Shown: positions 40,379 to 48,461, numbered from the stretch's first letter. The stretch is DNA of 51,312 nt from an uncultured Bacilli bacterium (GCA_944358125.1 CALVQM010000001.1:1-51312), one strand, 5' to 3'. Numbers and translations: made by a program. Notes: generated by a model not told the origin, from the sequence alone.

Positions 40379-40501
40379 ATGAAAAGTACATATCAACCTA
40401 ATAATCGTAAAAAAGCTAAAAAACATGGATTTTTTGCTAGAAAAGAAACTAATATTTTAAAGAACAGACGTAAAAAAGGTCGTAAAGTTTTATGTAAGTA
40501 G
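40379..40501 (+). CDS. rpmH: 50S ribosomal protein L34
   Basis: Not in the ORF track. [49 protein letters not shown] 7 nt upstream. Confidence 0.93.
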   Translation: MKSTYQPNNRKKAKKHGFFARKETNILKNRRKKGRKVLCK

Positions 40502-40528
40502 CCACTTTTTGCAGTGGTATTTTTTTTC
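40501..40528 (+). terminator. hairpin plus T-run between rpmH and rnpA (probable partial terminator)
   Basis: GCCACT-loop-AGTGGT followed by ATTTTTTTT. Confidence 0.5.
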
Positions 40529-40553
40529 TTATTTTTAATTTGGAGTGATACTG

Positions 40554-40895
40554 ATGAGAAAATTTGAAGTTGTTAAGAAGAATGATGAATTTAATGATAT
40601 AATTAAATCAGGAAAGTATTTAAGAAATCATTTTTATAATATATATTATAAGGATGGAAATAGTGACTATCCGAAATTTGGATTAGCGGTTAGTAAGAAG
40701 TTTGGAACGGCTGTAGAAAGAAATAAAATTAAACGACAACTTCGAACTTTGATTGATCATAATAAAAACTTGTTTTCAAAACGTCATAATTATATTATAA
40801 TGGTAAGAGGTGGAGTAAAAGATTTAACTTACCAAGAAATGGAGATACAATTGGTTCAGTTGTTAGAGAAAGGAAAGTTTAATGAAAAAAATTAA
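40554..40895 (+). CDS. rnpA: ribonuclease P protein component
   Basis: KKNDEFNDIIKSGK and the RNR-type motif AVERNKIKRQLR. ATG at 40554 after GGAGTGA. Confidence 0.9.
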   Translation: MRKFEVVKKNDEFNDIIKSGKYLRNHFYNIYYKDGNSDYPKFGLAVSKKFGTAVERNKIKRQLRTLIDHNKNLFSKRHNYIIMVRGGVKDLTYQEMEIQLVQLLEKGKFNEKN

Positions 40896-41907
40896 AATTG
40901 GAGTATTAGTATTACTGGTAGCTATGCTTACGGCTTGTGGTAATAGTAATTATATTGTTAATGATGAGGGAACTGTTGTAGAGTATGAAGCAACAGGACA
41001 GATTTTACAAAAAGATATTTTATGTAAGCCGGAAGATAAAGATTTAGATGAATTATATCAGGAGTATGGAGATCAAACAAAGATTCCGTATGAAGATTTA
41101 CCTCTTTGTAGTGAATTTAGTTTATCTAGTAATAAGGCTGATGGAATTTGGGAAGGCATATTTGTTAAGCCTCTTGCTTTTCTAATTATGAAGCTTGGAT
41201 ATCTTATCAATAGTTTTGGCCTTTCAGTTATTTTAATTGGTCTTGCTATACGTTTAATATTGATGCCTATATCTCGTAAGACGATGAGACAATCAAGTAA
41301 TATGAAGAAAGCTCAACCAGAAATAGCTAGAATAGAAAAGAAATATGCTGGTAAAAATGATAATGAGTCAATGCTTGCTAAGTCACAGGAAATGATGATG
41401 GTTTATAAAAAATATAATATTAGTCCTTTTGGTAGTTGCTTACTAGCATTTATTCAACTTCCTCTATTCTTTGCTTTCTTACAAGCGATTAATAGAACAC
41501 CTGCGATATTTGAAGATACTTTCTTTGGACTTACTTTAGGTCAAACACCAATGAAAGGTTTGTTTGAATATCATCAGTGGGCTTATCTCATTATTATTGC
41601 TTTAATTATTTTAACAACTTATTTGTCATTTAGAAATTCTATGTCAACTACCCAAACAGGTAATCAAGATATGGAACGACAAATGCAATTTATCTTTAAA
41701 TTTATGATTATTATGATTTCGGTTGCTTCTTTATATTTATCAACTGCTATTGCGTTATATTGGATTGCAACAAATGGATTTGTAGTTCTTCAAAACTTTG
41801 TCTTTAAGAAAATTGATCAAAGGAATGAAGCGAAAGATCGGATAATTGTTCCTGTTAAAAATAAAAAGAAAGATAAAAAGGAAGCTAATAAGAAGAAAGG
41901 AAAATAG
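40882..41907 (+). CDS. yidC: membrane protein insertase YidC/SpoIIIJ (lipoprotein type)
   Basis: Lipobox LTAC, a five-TM 60-kDa-IMP core (MRQSSNMKKAQPEI...YKKYNISPFGSCL) and a basic C-tail. Confidence 0.9.
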   Translation: MKKIKIGVLVLLVAMLTACGNSNYIVNDEGTVVEYEATGQILQKDILCKPEDKDLDELYQEYGDQTKIPYEDLPLCSEFSLSSNKADGIWEGIFVKPLAFLIMKLGYLINSFGLSVILIGLAIRLILMPISRKTMRQSSNMKKAQPEIARIEKKYAGKNDNESMLAKSQEMMMVYKKYNISPFGSCLLAFIQLPLFFAFLQAINRTPAIFEDTFFGLTLGQTPMKGLFEYHQWAYLIIIALIILTTYLSFRNSMSTTQTGNQDMERQMQFIFKFMIIMISVASLYLSTAIALYWIATNGFVVLQNFVFKKIDQRNEAKDRIIVPVKNKKKDKKEANKKKGK

Positions 41908-41909
41908 TC

Positions 41910-42518
41910 ATGAATGTAGTAGTAAAAAGTGCTAAATTTAAAGAAGAAGCTTTAGAATTAGTTTTAAAGGAATTAAATGCAAGTGAAGAAGAAGTTGTCT
42001 ATTCTTTTAAGGAAGTTAAGGGTGGTCTTTTTAAAGGTGTTACTTATGAATGTAAGGGATTTTTAAAGACAGATATTTTAACTGAACTTCAAGAGTATTT
42101 AAAAGGTATAATAACGGGTATGGGCTTAGAAGTATCTTTTGAAGTTAATACAAAAGATGGTGTAACAACAATAAAGATGTATACTTCGAATAATCCAATT
42201 ATTATTGGTCATAATGGTCAAAATTTGGATGCGTTAACAACTATTGCTCGTCAATTTATTAAAAATATTACTTCTAATGGACCTAAAATACTTTTGGATG
42301 TTGAAGATTATAAGGATAGACAAGTAAAAAGATTAGAGCGACTTGCTAAGAATTTGGCTCGTGATGTTATAAAAACTAAAACAGATGTGGAAATGGATAA
42401 TATGAATTCTTATGAAAGAAGAGTTGTTCATAATGCTTTATCTGATTTTAAAGGCGTTAAGACAGAAAGTGTTGGAGAAGAACCTAATAGACATGTTGTT
42501 ATAAAATATGATAAATAA
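41910..42518 (+). CDS. jag: Jag/KhpB RNA-binding protein (Jag_N-KH-R3H)
   Basis: 202 aa with the R3H-type end MNSYERRVVHNALSDFKGVKTESVGEEPNRHVVI. Follows yidC. Confidence 0.9.
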   Translation: MNVVVKSAKFKEEALELVLKELNASEEEVVYSFKEVKGGLFKGVTYECKGFLKTDILTELQEYLKGIITGMGLEVSFEVNTKDGVTTIKMYTSNNPIIIGHNGQNLDALTTIARQFIKNITSNGPKILLDVEDYKDRQVKRLERLAKNLARDVIKTKTDVEMDNMNSYERRVVHNALSDFKGVKTESVGEEPNRHVVIKYDK

Positions 42519-42718
42519 GTACCTTAGGGTGCTTTTTTTGTGCAACGAAAAACCTCAGTTTTTGATGTGAATCCTGTTTGATAGACATCATAAAAAAACT
42601 TCTCATAATAAAGTCAAGTATTTTCTGCAAAATTTTTAACTTTATTTTTATTTTCTAGATTTTTAAATTTTAGATAAAAAATTATCTGATTTTATTAGGC
42701 AACTATTTGTAAAACGTG

Positions 42719-42747
42719 TTGACAACTTTTAATATTAGTGATAAATT
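42719..42747 (+). promoter_or_regulatory. sigma-A promoter of the peptide/AlaRS-like/radical-SAM operon
   Basis: TTGACA(42719)-17 nt-TAAATT(42742) with TG at the extended -10 position. Confidence 0.65.
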
Positions 42748-42775
42748 AATTACTAATATTTGAAGAGGTGAAATT

Positions 42776-42892
42776 ATGAGTGTGAGTTTTAAAGGAAAAT
42801 ACAATATTAAATCTATTATGATGATTACAGTATTTTCTTTCCTCATGCTCTTTATTTTAAATGACGTTGGTGCTAGGGCGATTTATCGCTAA
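42776..42892 (+). CDS. 38-aa hydrophobic peptide (MSVSFKGKYNIKSIMMITVFSFLMLFILNDVGARAIYR)
   Basis: Not in the ORF track. SD AGAGGTGA 5 nt upstream of the ATG. It is the first cistron after the promoter. Basic N-terminus, one TM-length hydrophobic stretch, no Cys. Confidence 0.5.
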   Translation: MSVSFKGKYNIKSIMMITVFSFLMLFILNDVGARAIYR

Positions 42893-42912
42893 ATTTTTTA
42901 ATTGTTAGAAAG

Positions 42913-43911
42913 TTGGTAATAATTGTGGAAGAAAAATTTAAAACGAAGAGTGAATATTTGGATTTTGTTGAACAAAAATTTAAAGATTGTTTTAGTAGTA
43001 AAGACTATATTGAAGAACAACCTGTAAATATAACATCTCAAGTTGATAAAACTGTTGATTTTATAGGCTCTAAAATTTCGCCATTAAAAAAATATGTTTT
43101 AACAGAAGATTTTGGTGAGAATGGAAGATTTTTGATTCAAAACAGTATGAAATTAAAATCATTACGGTATTTGAAAGAAACTACACCACAAAAATTTGGC
43201 TCTTATTATAAATGTATGGGAACACTTTCAAAGCCTGATTTGGAAAAAGTTGTATTTGATATGTTTGAATATTTAACTTATGAAAAATATTTAGGTATAG
43301 ATTTAGATGATATATGTATAAAGATTTGTTCCAAAGATGATGATTTAATGGGAGCTATAAGAAATGTTGATAGTAGAATAAATCGCGAAGTTGACAAAAC
43401 TAGTATTGAACATTATAGACATAAATATGGTATGTCTAAAGAAAATATAACGGGTAGAGATTTTAATATTGGAATTCGAAAAAAAGGTACTAATGATTAT
43501 TTTAGTTGTGGTACTTTTGTATTAATGGAATCTCCTGATAAAAAAATAGCAATAGATATGGGAATAGGTAATTGTTCTTTATCTATGTGCAAATTTGGTG
43601 TTGATTCAACTGTGCAAAGTTCACGAATGGCAGATTTAATTAATATAGATTCAATTGAAAAAGAAAAATTTGCTGATTCTTTAATTGCTGTCTCTACATT
43701 ATTAAAAGAGGATATAATAAATCATCCTTCTAAACATTTTAGAAAAAAATTTAGACTGTATTTTAATGCATTATCTTATTGGAGTGAAAAGTTAAATATT
43801 ACTGAAGAAGAAATATTAATTTATGCGTTGGACTATTTAAATTTAGAATATAAAGAAAATTTTTCATATACTGATGAAAGATTTGCTAAAATTTTAACAT
43901 TACATAAATAG
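42913..43911 (+). CDS. free-standing alanyl-tRNA-synthetase catalytic-core-like protein (divergent class II aaRS paralog)
   Basis: By-eye colinear match to the E. coli AlaRS N-terminal domain. VDFIGSKISPLKKYVL aligns with LLFTNAGMNQFKDVFL. YYKCMGTLS aligns with FFEMLGNFS. FEYLTYEKY aligns with WELLTSEKW. AIDMGIGNC aligns with VDTGMGLER. FADSLIAVSTLL aligns with IADHIRSCAFLI. No tRNA-binding or editing domains are present. The start codon is uncertain (TTG 42913 or GTG 42925). Confidence 0.55.
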   Translation: MVIIVEEKFKTKSEYLDFVEQKFKDCFSSKDYIEEQPVNITSQVDKTVDFIGSKISPLKKYVLTEDFGENGRFLIQNSMKLKSLRYLKETTPQKFGSYYKCMGTLSKPDLEKVVFDMFEYLTYEKYLGIDLDDICIKICSKDDDLMGAIRNVDSRINREVDKTSIEHYRHKYGMSKENITGRDFNIGIRKKGTNDYFSCGTFVLMESPDKKIAIDMGIGNCSLSMCKFGVDSTVQSSRMADLINIDSIEKEKFADSLIAVSTLLKEDIINHPSKHFRKKFRLYFNALSYWSEKLNITEEEILIYALDYLNLEYKENFSYTDERFAKILTLHK

Positions 43912-43925
43912 TAGGAGGTTAGAGT

Positions 43926-46061
43926 ATGAAGAAAGTTAATATTTTTGAAAATCCAGAATTTTATCGAAAAATGATATTGAAATATAATAGTTTACTAAAG
44001 TATGATATAGATAAATGTAATGGTAAATCATTGATATGTGTATTTTTTACATCATATTGTGGTGTTGGTTGTCCTTTTTGCTTTTTTCATTCTCCAAGTT
44101 TAAAGAAAGAAAATAACTTATTAGAAGAATTAGAAAATCATTTTTCAAGAGATGGAATAGAAAAATTTATTTCATTTGCAAATGAATCTAATGTTGGCTA
44201 TTTACAAATTTCTGGTGGTGGAGAGCCTTTTTTAGAAAAAAATGCAATTATAGAATGCTTGAAAAGAGTAGAAGCTGATAGAATTATACTTGTAACAAGT
44301 GGCTCTTGGGCATTTGATAAAGTGAAAGCAGAAGAGTATATTGATGATTTGTATGATGCTTTTAATGAACGAAAAAGTAAAGCTAGGGTAACTATTAGAC
44401 TTAGCGTTAGTGATTATCATAATATAAAATTAAAAGGAAAACCGGTTGTAAATTTAATAAAAATTTTTGATGATAAATATAAGAATGATAAAAATTTTAC
44501 TTTACAATTAAAAACTTTTGAAAATGATAATTCTCTTGTAAATTTATTAAATGAGTACTTTCCAGGATTTAAGCTAAATATTGTAGAAGATAATGGTTCA
44601 GACGATTTCAATCACATCAAGATTATGCCTTGGAAGTATGTGTTAACTTTAAAATCTGGGTTTAAGATTATTGTAGGAAAATCTAGAATTTTTAATTCTA
44701 ATTTGCGTCCTAATTTATATGATAAAGAGGAAATAAGGAAAAGTGAAAAGATATATGATACTGATTTAGAGTTATCTCAGAAAAATAATTCATCTATTGT
44801 TTATAATAGTAATGGTATTAATGGAATTGATTGGATTGTAGAGTATAATGGTAATGTGTGTACTTGGCAAAATAGAGTTCAAGATAATTTGTTAAATATA
44901 TATGAAGATAATTATAATGATGTTTTGCGTAATACTTATAGTGATCCACTTACTTATTCTTATATAGATAAGGGAGCAAAATATAGGGAAAAAATAGTTA
45001 GTGAGGTGTCTCCTAAAACAGTTTCTTTAATGAAATCTGTTAATATTCGTGATTATGCAGGAACACAATTATTTTTGGATGAGAAAATAAGATTATACTA
45101 TACAATAAGAGTAATACAAGATTATCTTTTGGAAGATAAAATAAATACCGATGTTTTAAATGAATTTCCTAAAGAGTTAATAAATGCAATTAAATCTAAT
45201 TTAAAGGAGTTGAAATGTAATTATTTTAAATCAAATTATAGTATTTTAGAACAAGAGTTAAGTATTCCTGTAAATGCATTGGAACTTCACGATTTTTTAG
45301 AATTAGTAAAATTAGGACATTTTGAAATTTCTGATGATAAGGTACAAAAGGCTATTAAGTATTATAATTTTATTTCCAATAGTAATATTAATAGTATTGA
45401 TGAAATCAAATGTTCTAGTGATTTAGAAATTGAAAAAAGACTGACAAAAAGAATGATGGAAAGGAAAAAGATTAAATCTGAAGAGGCACCTATATATTAC
45501 TATTTATGTAGGCATGGTGAAACAAATTGGAATGTTGAAAAGCGAATTAAAGGACAGTTAGAAACTATTGATACAGAATTCACTGAGCGTGGTATTAAAC
45601 AGATTGAAACTCTTGCAACTTTTATTGAATCTAATAATGTTCAAGCTATTTTTTCTTCTGATTTGAGTAGAACTGTGGAAACTGCTAGAATAGTAAATAA
45701 CAAAATTAATGTTCCTTTATATTTCTATAATAAATTTAGAGGGTTAAACATGGGAGACTTTCAAGGTAAATCTATTGATTGTTTTTTAAATGATGACTAT
45801 GTGAAAGAATGCTTTAAAGATTATAATTTAGTTATACCTGGTGGCGAAAGTATAAATCAATTAATATCTAGATTTAAAGATGGTATGGATATTATAAGAA
45901 ATAAGTATAATTATGATAGAGTTTCTATTATTTCTCATGGTGCTGCAATTAGTAATATTAAATCATCAATAAGTGGAGATAAATATGAAAATATTGATTA
46001 TTGTGTTTTGAAATATTATAATAATAATTATGAAATAGTTGAGTATGGAAACTACAATTAA
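43926..46061 (+). CDS. radical SAM domain / unknown middle domain / histidine phosphatase (PGM-family) fusion protein, 711 aa
   Basis: N-terminus has the CX3CX2C motif in FFTSYCGVGCPFCFF plus ISGGGEPF. The C-terminus (from about aa 520) has LCRHGETNWN...SDLSRTVETA...ISHGAAI, the RHG/H phosphatase signature. SD AGGAGG lies 7 nt upstream. Confidence 0.8.
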   Translation: MKKVNIFENPEFYRKMILKYNSLLKYDIDKCNGKSLICVFFTSYCGVGCPFCFFHSPSLKKENNLLEELENHFSRDGIEKFISFANESNVGYLQISGGGEPFLEKNAIIECLKRVEADRIILVTSGSWAFDKVKAEEYIDDLYDAFNERKSKARVTIRLSVSDYHNIKLKGKPVVNLIKIFDDKYKNDKNFTLQLKTFENDNSLVNLLNEYFPGFKLNIVEDNGSDDFNHIKIMPWKYVLTLKSGFKIIVGKSRIFNSNLRPNLYDKEEIRKSEKIYDTDLELSQKNNSSIVYNSNGINGIDWIVEYNGNVCTWQNRVQDNLLNIYEDNYNDVLRNTYSDPLTYSYIDKGAKYREKIVSEVSPKTVSLMKSVNIRDYAGTQLFLDEKIRLYYTIRVIQDYLLEDKINTDVLNEFPKELINAIKSNLKELKCNYFKSNYSILEQELSIPVNALELHDFLELVKLGHFEISDDKVQKAIKYYNFISNSNINSIDEIKCSSDLEIEKRLTKRMMERKKIKSEEAPIYYYLCRHGETNWNVEKRIKGQLETIDTEFTERGIKQIETLATFIESNNVQAIFSSDLSRTVETARIVNNKINVPLYFYNKFRGLNMGDFQGKSIDCFLNDDYVKECFKDYNLVIPGGESINQLISRFKDGMDIIRNKYNYDRVSIISHGAAISNIKSSISGDKYENIDYCVLKYYNNNYEIVEYGNYN

Positions 46062-46080
46062 AGTTGAAAAGAGGATAGCT

Positions 46081-46785
46081 ATGGTTTTATTTTTGACTAG
46101 TAACATTGGTGGAATAAAAAAGGAAAATGGGCAAAAAATACCTGTAGAGTTTTATTCTAAAAATCAATTTTTGTTAAATATGAAAAAAAGTTTAAAAAAT
46201 AATAAAAAGTTTGTGTTAATTGCAAGTAATCCGTTTAATTTCGAACAAAACGATAAATTTTTAGAAATGGATATAGAAGCATTAAAATTATCTAATTTAT
46301 CTTTTGATGAATGCTTAATATTAGATAATAGAAACAAAACTAAAGTTTCTGAAGTTTTAAAGGATAGTTCATTGATATTTTTGTGTGGGGGAAATACATA
46401 TATTCAAAATCAATTTTTTAATGAGATTGATTTAAAAAACTATATTAAAGATTTGGATTCTACTATCGTTGGTATTAGTGCAGGTGCTATTAATTCTGCG
46501 GATATTGTATTTAATAGTCCAGAAGAAGATAATGATTTATCTAATCCATATATATTGGTGGGATTAGGTTTGACTGAATTTAATATAGAGCCTCATTTTG
46601 ATATACATAATGATAATATACTTCAAATGAAATCAATTTTAGATGAGTCTTATAAAAGAGTAATTTATGGATTACCAGACGGCTCTTATATTGTGGGTAA
46701 CAAAGTATATGGTAGGTGTTATAAAATTTATCAAGGTAATATTGAAATAATATGTAATGATAATGAGTGTTTTTTACTTGAGTAG
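46081..46785 (+). CDS. peptidase S51 (PepE/cyanophycinase-like) family protein
   Basis: LIFLCGGNTYIQ, the nucleophile motif VGISAGAINS, and IEPHFD. ATG at 46081, 5 nt after AGAGGA. The track ORF starts at 46039. Confidence 0.75.
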   Translation: MVLFLTSNIGGIKKENGQKIPVEFYSKNQFLLNMKKSLKNNKKFVLIASNPFNFEQNDKFLEMDIEALKLSNLSFDECLILDNRNKTKVSEVLKDSSLIFLCGGNTYIQNQFFNEIDLKNYIKDLDSTIVGISAGAINSADIVFNSPEEDNDLSNPYILVGLGLTEFNIEPHFDIHNDNILQMKSILDESYKRVIYGLPDGSYIVGNKVYGRCYKIYQGNIEIICNDNECFLLE

Positions 46786-46844
46786 AAATTTATTAATAAC
46801 TTAATTGTGCATTTGTCATAAAATATCTTAGAGGAGGATGTTTT

Positions 46845-48203
46845 ATGGCTAAAAAGGTTGTTATTGATCCTGGTCATGGAGGAGAAGATCCTGGAACTAG
46901 TGCTAATGGAATTGTTGAAAAAGATTATACTTTGTTAATTAGTCAATATATGGCTGATCGTTTAACGGAACTAGGAATAGAAAATGCTTTAACTAGGGAT
47001 AGTGATGTTACACTTGATTCAACGACAAGACCTAAGACTGCTCAAAGTTTATTTGGTACGGGTAGTGATGTTATTTTGGTATCTAATCATATTAACGCTG
47101 GTGGTGGAGATGGAGCAGAAATAATTTATGCTTTAAGAAATAGTGATACTTTATCTAGTAAGATAGCTAGTGAATTTATTAAGTCTGGACAAAATGTAAG
47201 AAAGTATTATCAAAGAAGACTTCCTAGTAATTCTAGTAAAGATTATTATTACATTTTAAGAGAAACACCTAATAATGAATCTATTATTGTGGAATATGGC
47301 TTTGCTGATTCAACAGGGGATGATGTCAATCAAATTAAAAATAATTATAAAGAACTTGCTGAGGCAGTTGTAAGGGCTCTTGCTAATTATATTGGTGTAG
47401 CTTATACAGCTCCAGCAGGAAGTGGTGGTAATTATTATACGGTTAAAGCTGGAGATACTTTATATGGAATTGCAAGAAATTATGGTATTAGTGTTGATGA
47501 ACTTAAAGCTGCTAATAATTTAACAAGTAATACTCTTACGATTGGAGAAGTATTAATTATTCCGGAAGTAGAGACACCAGAAACTCCTGATGAAAATATT
47601 TATATTGTTAAAAGTGGAGATACTCTTTATTCTATTGCCAATAAATATGGGATGAGTGTTAATGAACTTAAATCTTTAAATAATGTTACAAGTGATGTTT
47701 TATCTATTGGTCAGGAATTAATAGTTAGTGAAGGTAACGCAGCAACACTCGATACTTATACAGTTAAATCTGGTGATACTTTGTATAGTATTGCTAATAA
47801 ATATGGTTTAACAGTAAATGAATTAAAGCAACTTAATAATTTAACTAGTGATATTTTAAGTATTGGACAAGTGTTAAATATTAGTAATAGTGTATCATCT
47901 CCTAACCCATCTAATACTTATACAGTTAAAAGTGGAGATTCTTTATATAGTATTGCTAAAAAGTATGGTATAACGGTAGATGCTTTAAAAAGTGCTAATG
48001 GAAAAACTTCTAATTTACTTTCTATTGGAGAAATATTAGTTATACCAACTACAACAGCGACTACTAGAACTTACACTGTTAAATCTGGTGATAGTTTGTG
48101 GAAAATAGCTACTAATTATGGGGTTAGTGTGAATGCTTTAAAGCAAGCGAATGGCCTTACAAGTGATCTTTTATCAATAGGTCAAGTACTTGTAATTCCT
48201 TAG
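46845..48203 (+). CDS. N-acetylmuramoyl-L-alanine amidase (Amidase_3) with five LysM repeats
   Basis: VIDPGHGGEDPGT...HINAGGG catalytic domain. Five tandem LysM repeats of the YTVKSGDTLYSIA..YG..V..LK..N.L.S..L.IGQ.L.I type. No N-terminal signal peptide is visible. Confidence 0.9.
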   Translation: MAKKVVIDPGHGGEDPGTSANGIVEKDYTLLISQYMADRLTELGIENALTRDSDVTLDSTTRPKTAQSLFGTGSDVILVSNHINAGGGDGAEIIYALRNSDTLSSKIASEFIKSGQNVRKYYQRRLPSNSSKDYYYILRETPNNESIIVEYGFADSTGDDVNQIKNNYKELAEAVVRALANYIGVAYTAPAGSGGNYYTVKAGDTLYGIARNYGISVDELKAANNLTSNTLTIGEVLIIPEVETPETPDENIYIVKSGDTLYSIANKYGMSVNELKSLNNVTSDVLSIGQELIVSEGNAATLDTYTVKSGDTLYSIANKYGLTVNELKQLNNLTSDILSIGQVLNISNSVSSPNPSNTYTVKSGDSLYSIAKKYGITVDALKSANGKTSNLLSIGEILVIPTTTATTRTYTVKSGDSLWKIATNYGVSVNALKQANGLTSDLLSIGQVLVIP

Positions 48204-48321
48204 TTTTAAGAAGTACTCTTGAGATTATTTTTGAAAAAATATTAATTGATAATTTTTTGTTTATAAAAATTAAAAGTAAAAAATTCTTGTTAATCTATTC
48301 GAAATATGATATATTGAATAT

Positions 48322-48398
48322 GTAAGTGTTATCTACTTAGTGGATAACGCCTGCATTGTAGCAAACGTTATGCCTTTTGGCTAACGTCTTTTCTTTTG
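48322..48398 (+). ncRNA. antitoxin-like small RNA, repeat copy 3
   Basis: Promoter TTGTTA(48287)-17 nt-TATATT(48310). Conserved GTAAGTGTTATC start. The terminator stem CGTTAtGCC/GGCTAACG carries compensatory C-G to T-A changes relative to copy 1. Confidence 0.6.
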
Positions 48399-48461
48399 CT
48401 CATCTCTAATAATAGAGATAAGTAAAATTATTATAATCAGTAATAATCTAGTATCACACAT
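48381..48461 (-). CDS. type I toxin-like hydrophobic peptide, 26 aa (MCDTRLLLIIIILLISIIRDEQKKRR)
   Basis: SD GGAGGG 6 nt upstream of the ATG. Promoter TTGCTT(48589-48594)-17 nt-CATAAT(48566-48571). Leader of about 100 nt whose 5' GCCUGCUUUC can pair with the SD region GAAAGUAGG. The last codons overlap the convergent sRNA. Confidence 0.55.
   Translation of the reverse strand: MCDTRLLLIIIILLISIIRDEQKKRR

Noticed and set aside
42776-42892. 38-aa peptide as a classical sactipeptide/ranthipeptide-type RiPP precursor
   Set aside because: The peptide has no cysteine. The adjacent radical SAM protein has no SPASM or twitch Cys cluster, and no obvious leader-recognition (RRE) gene is present. It is kept only as an open possibility for other chemistries.
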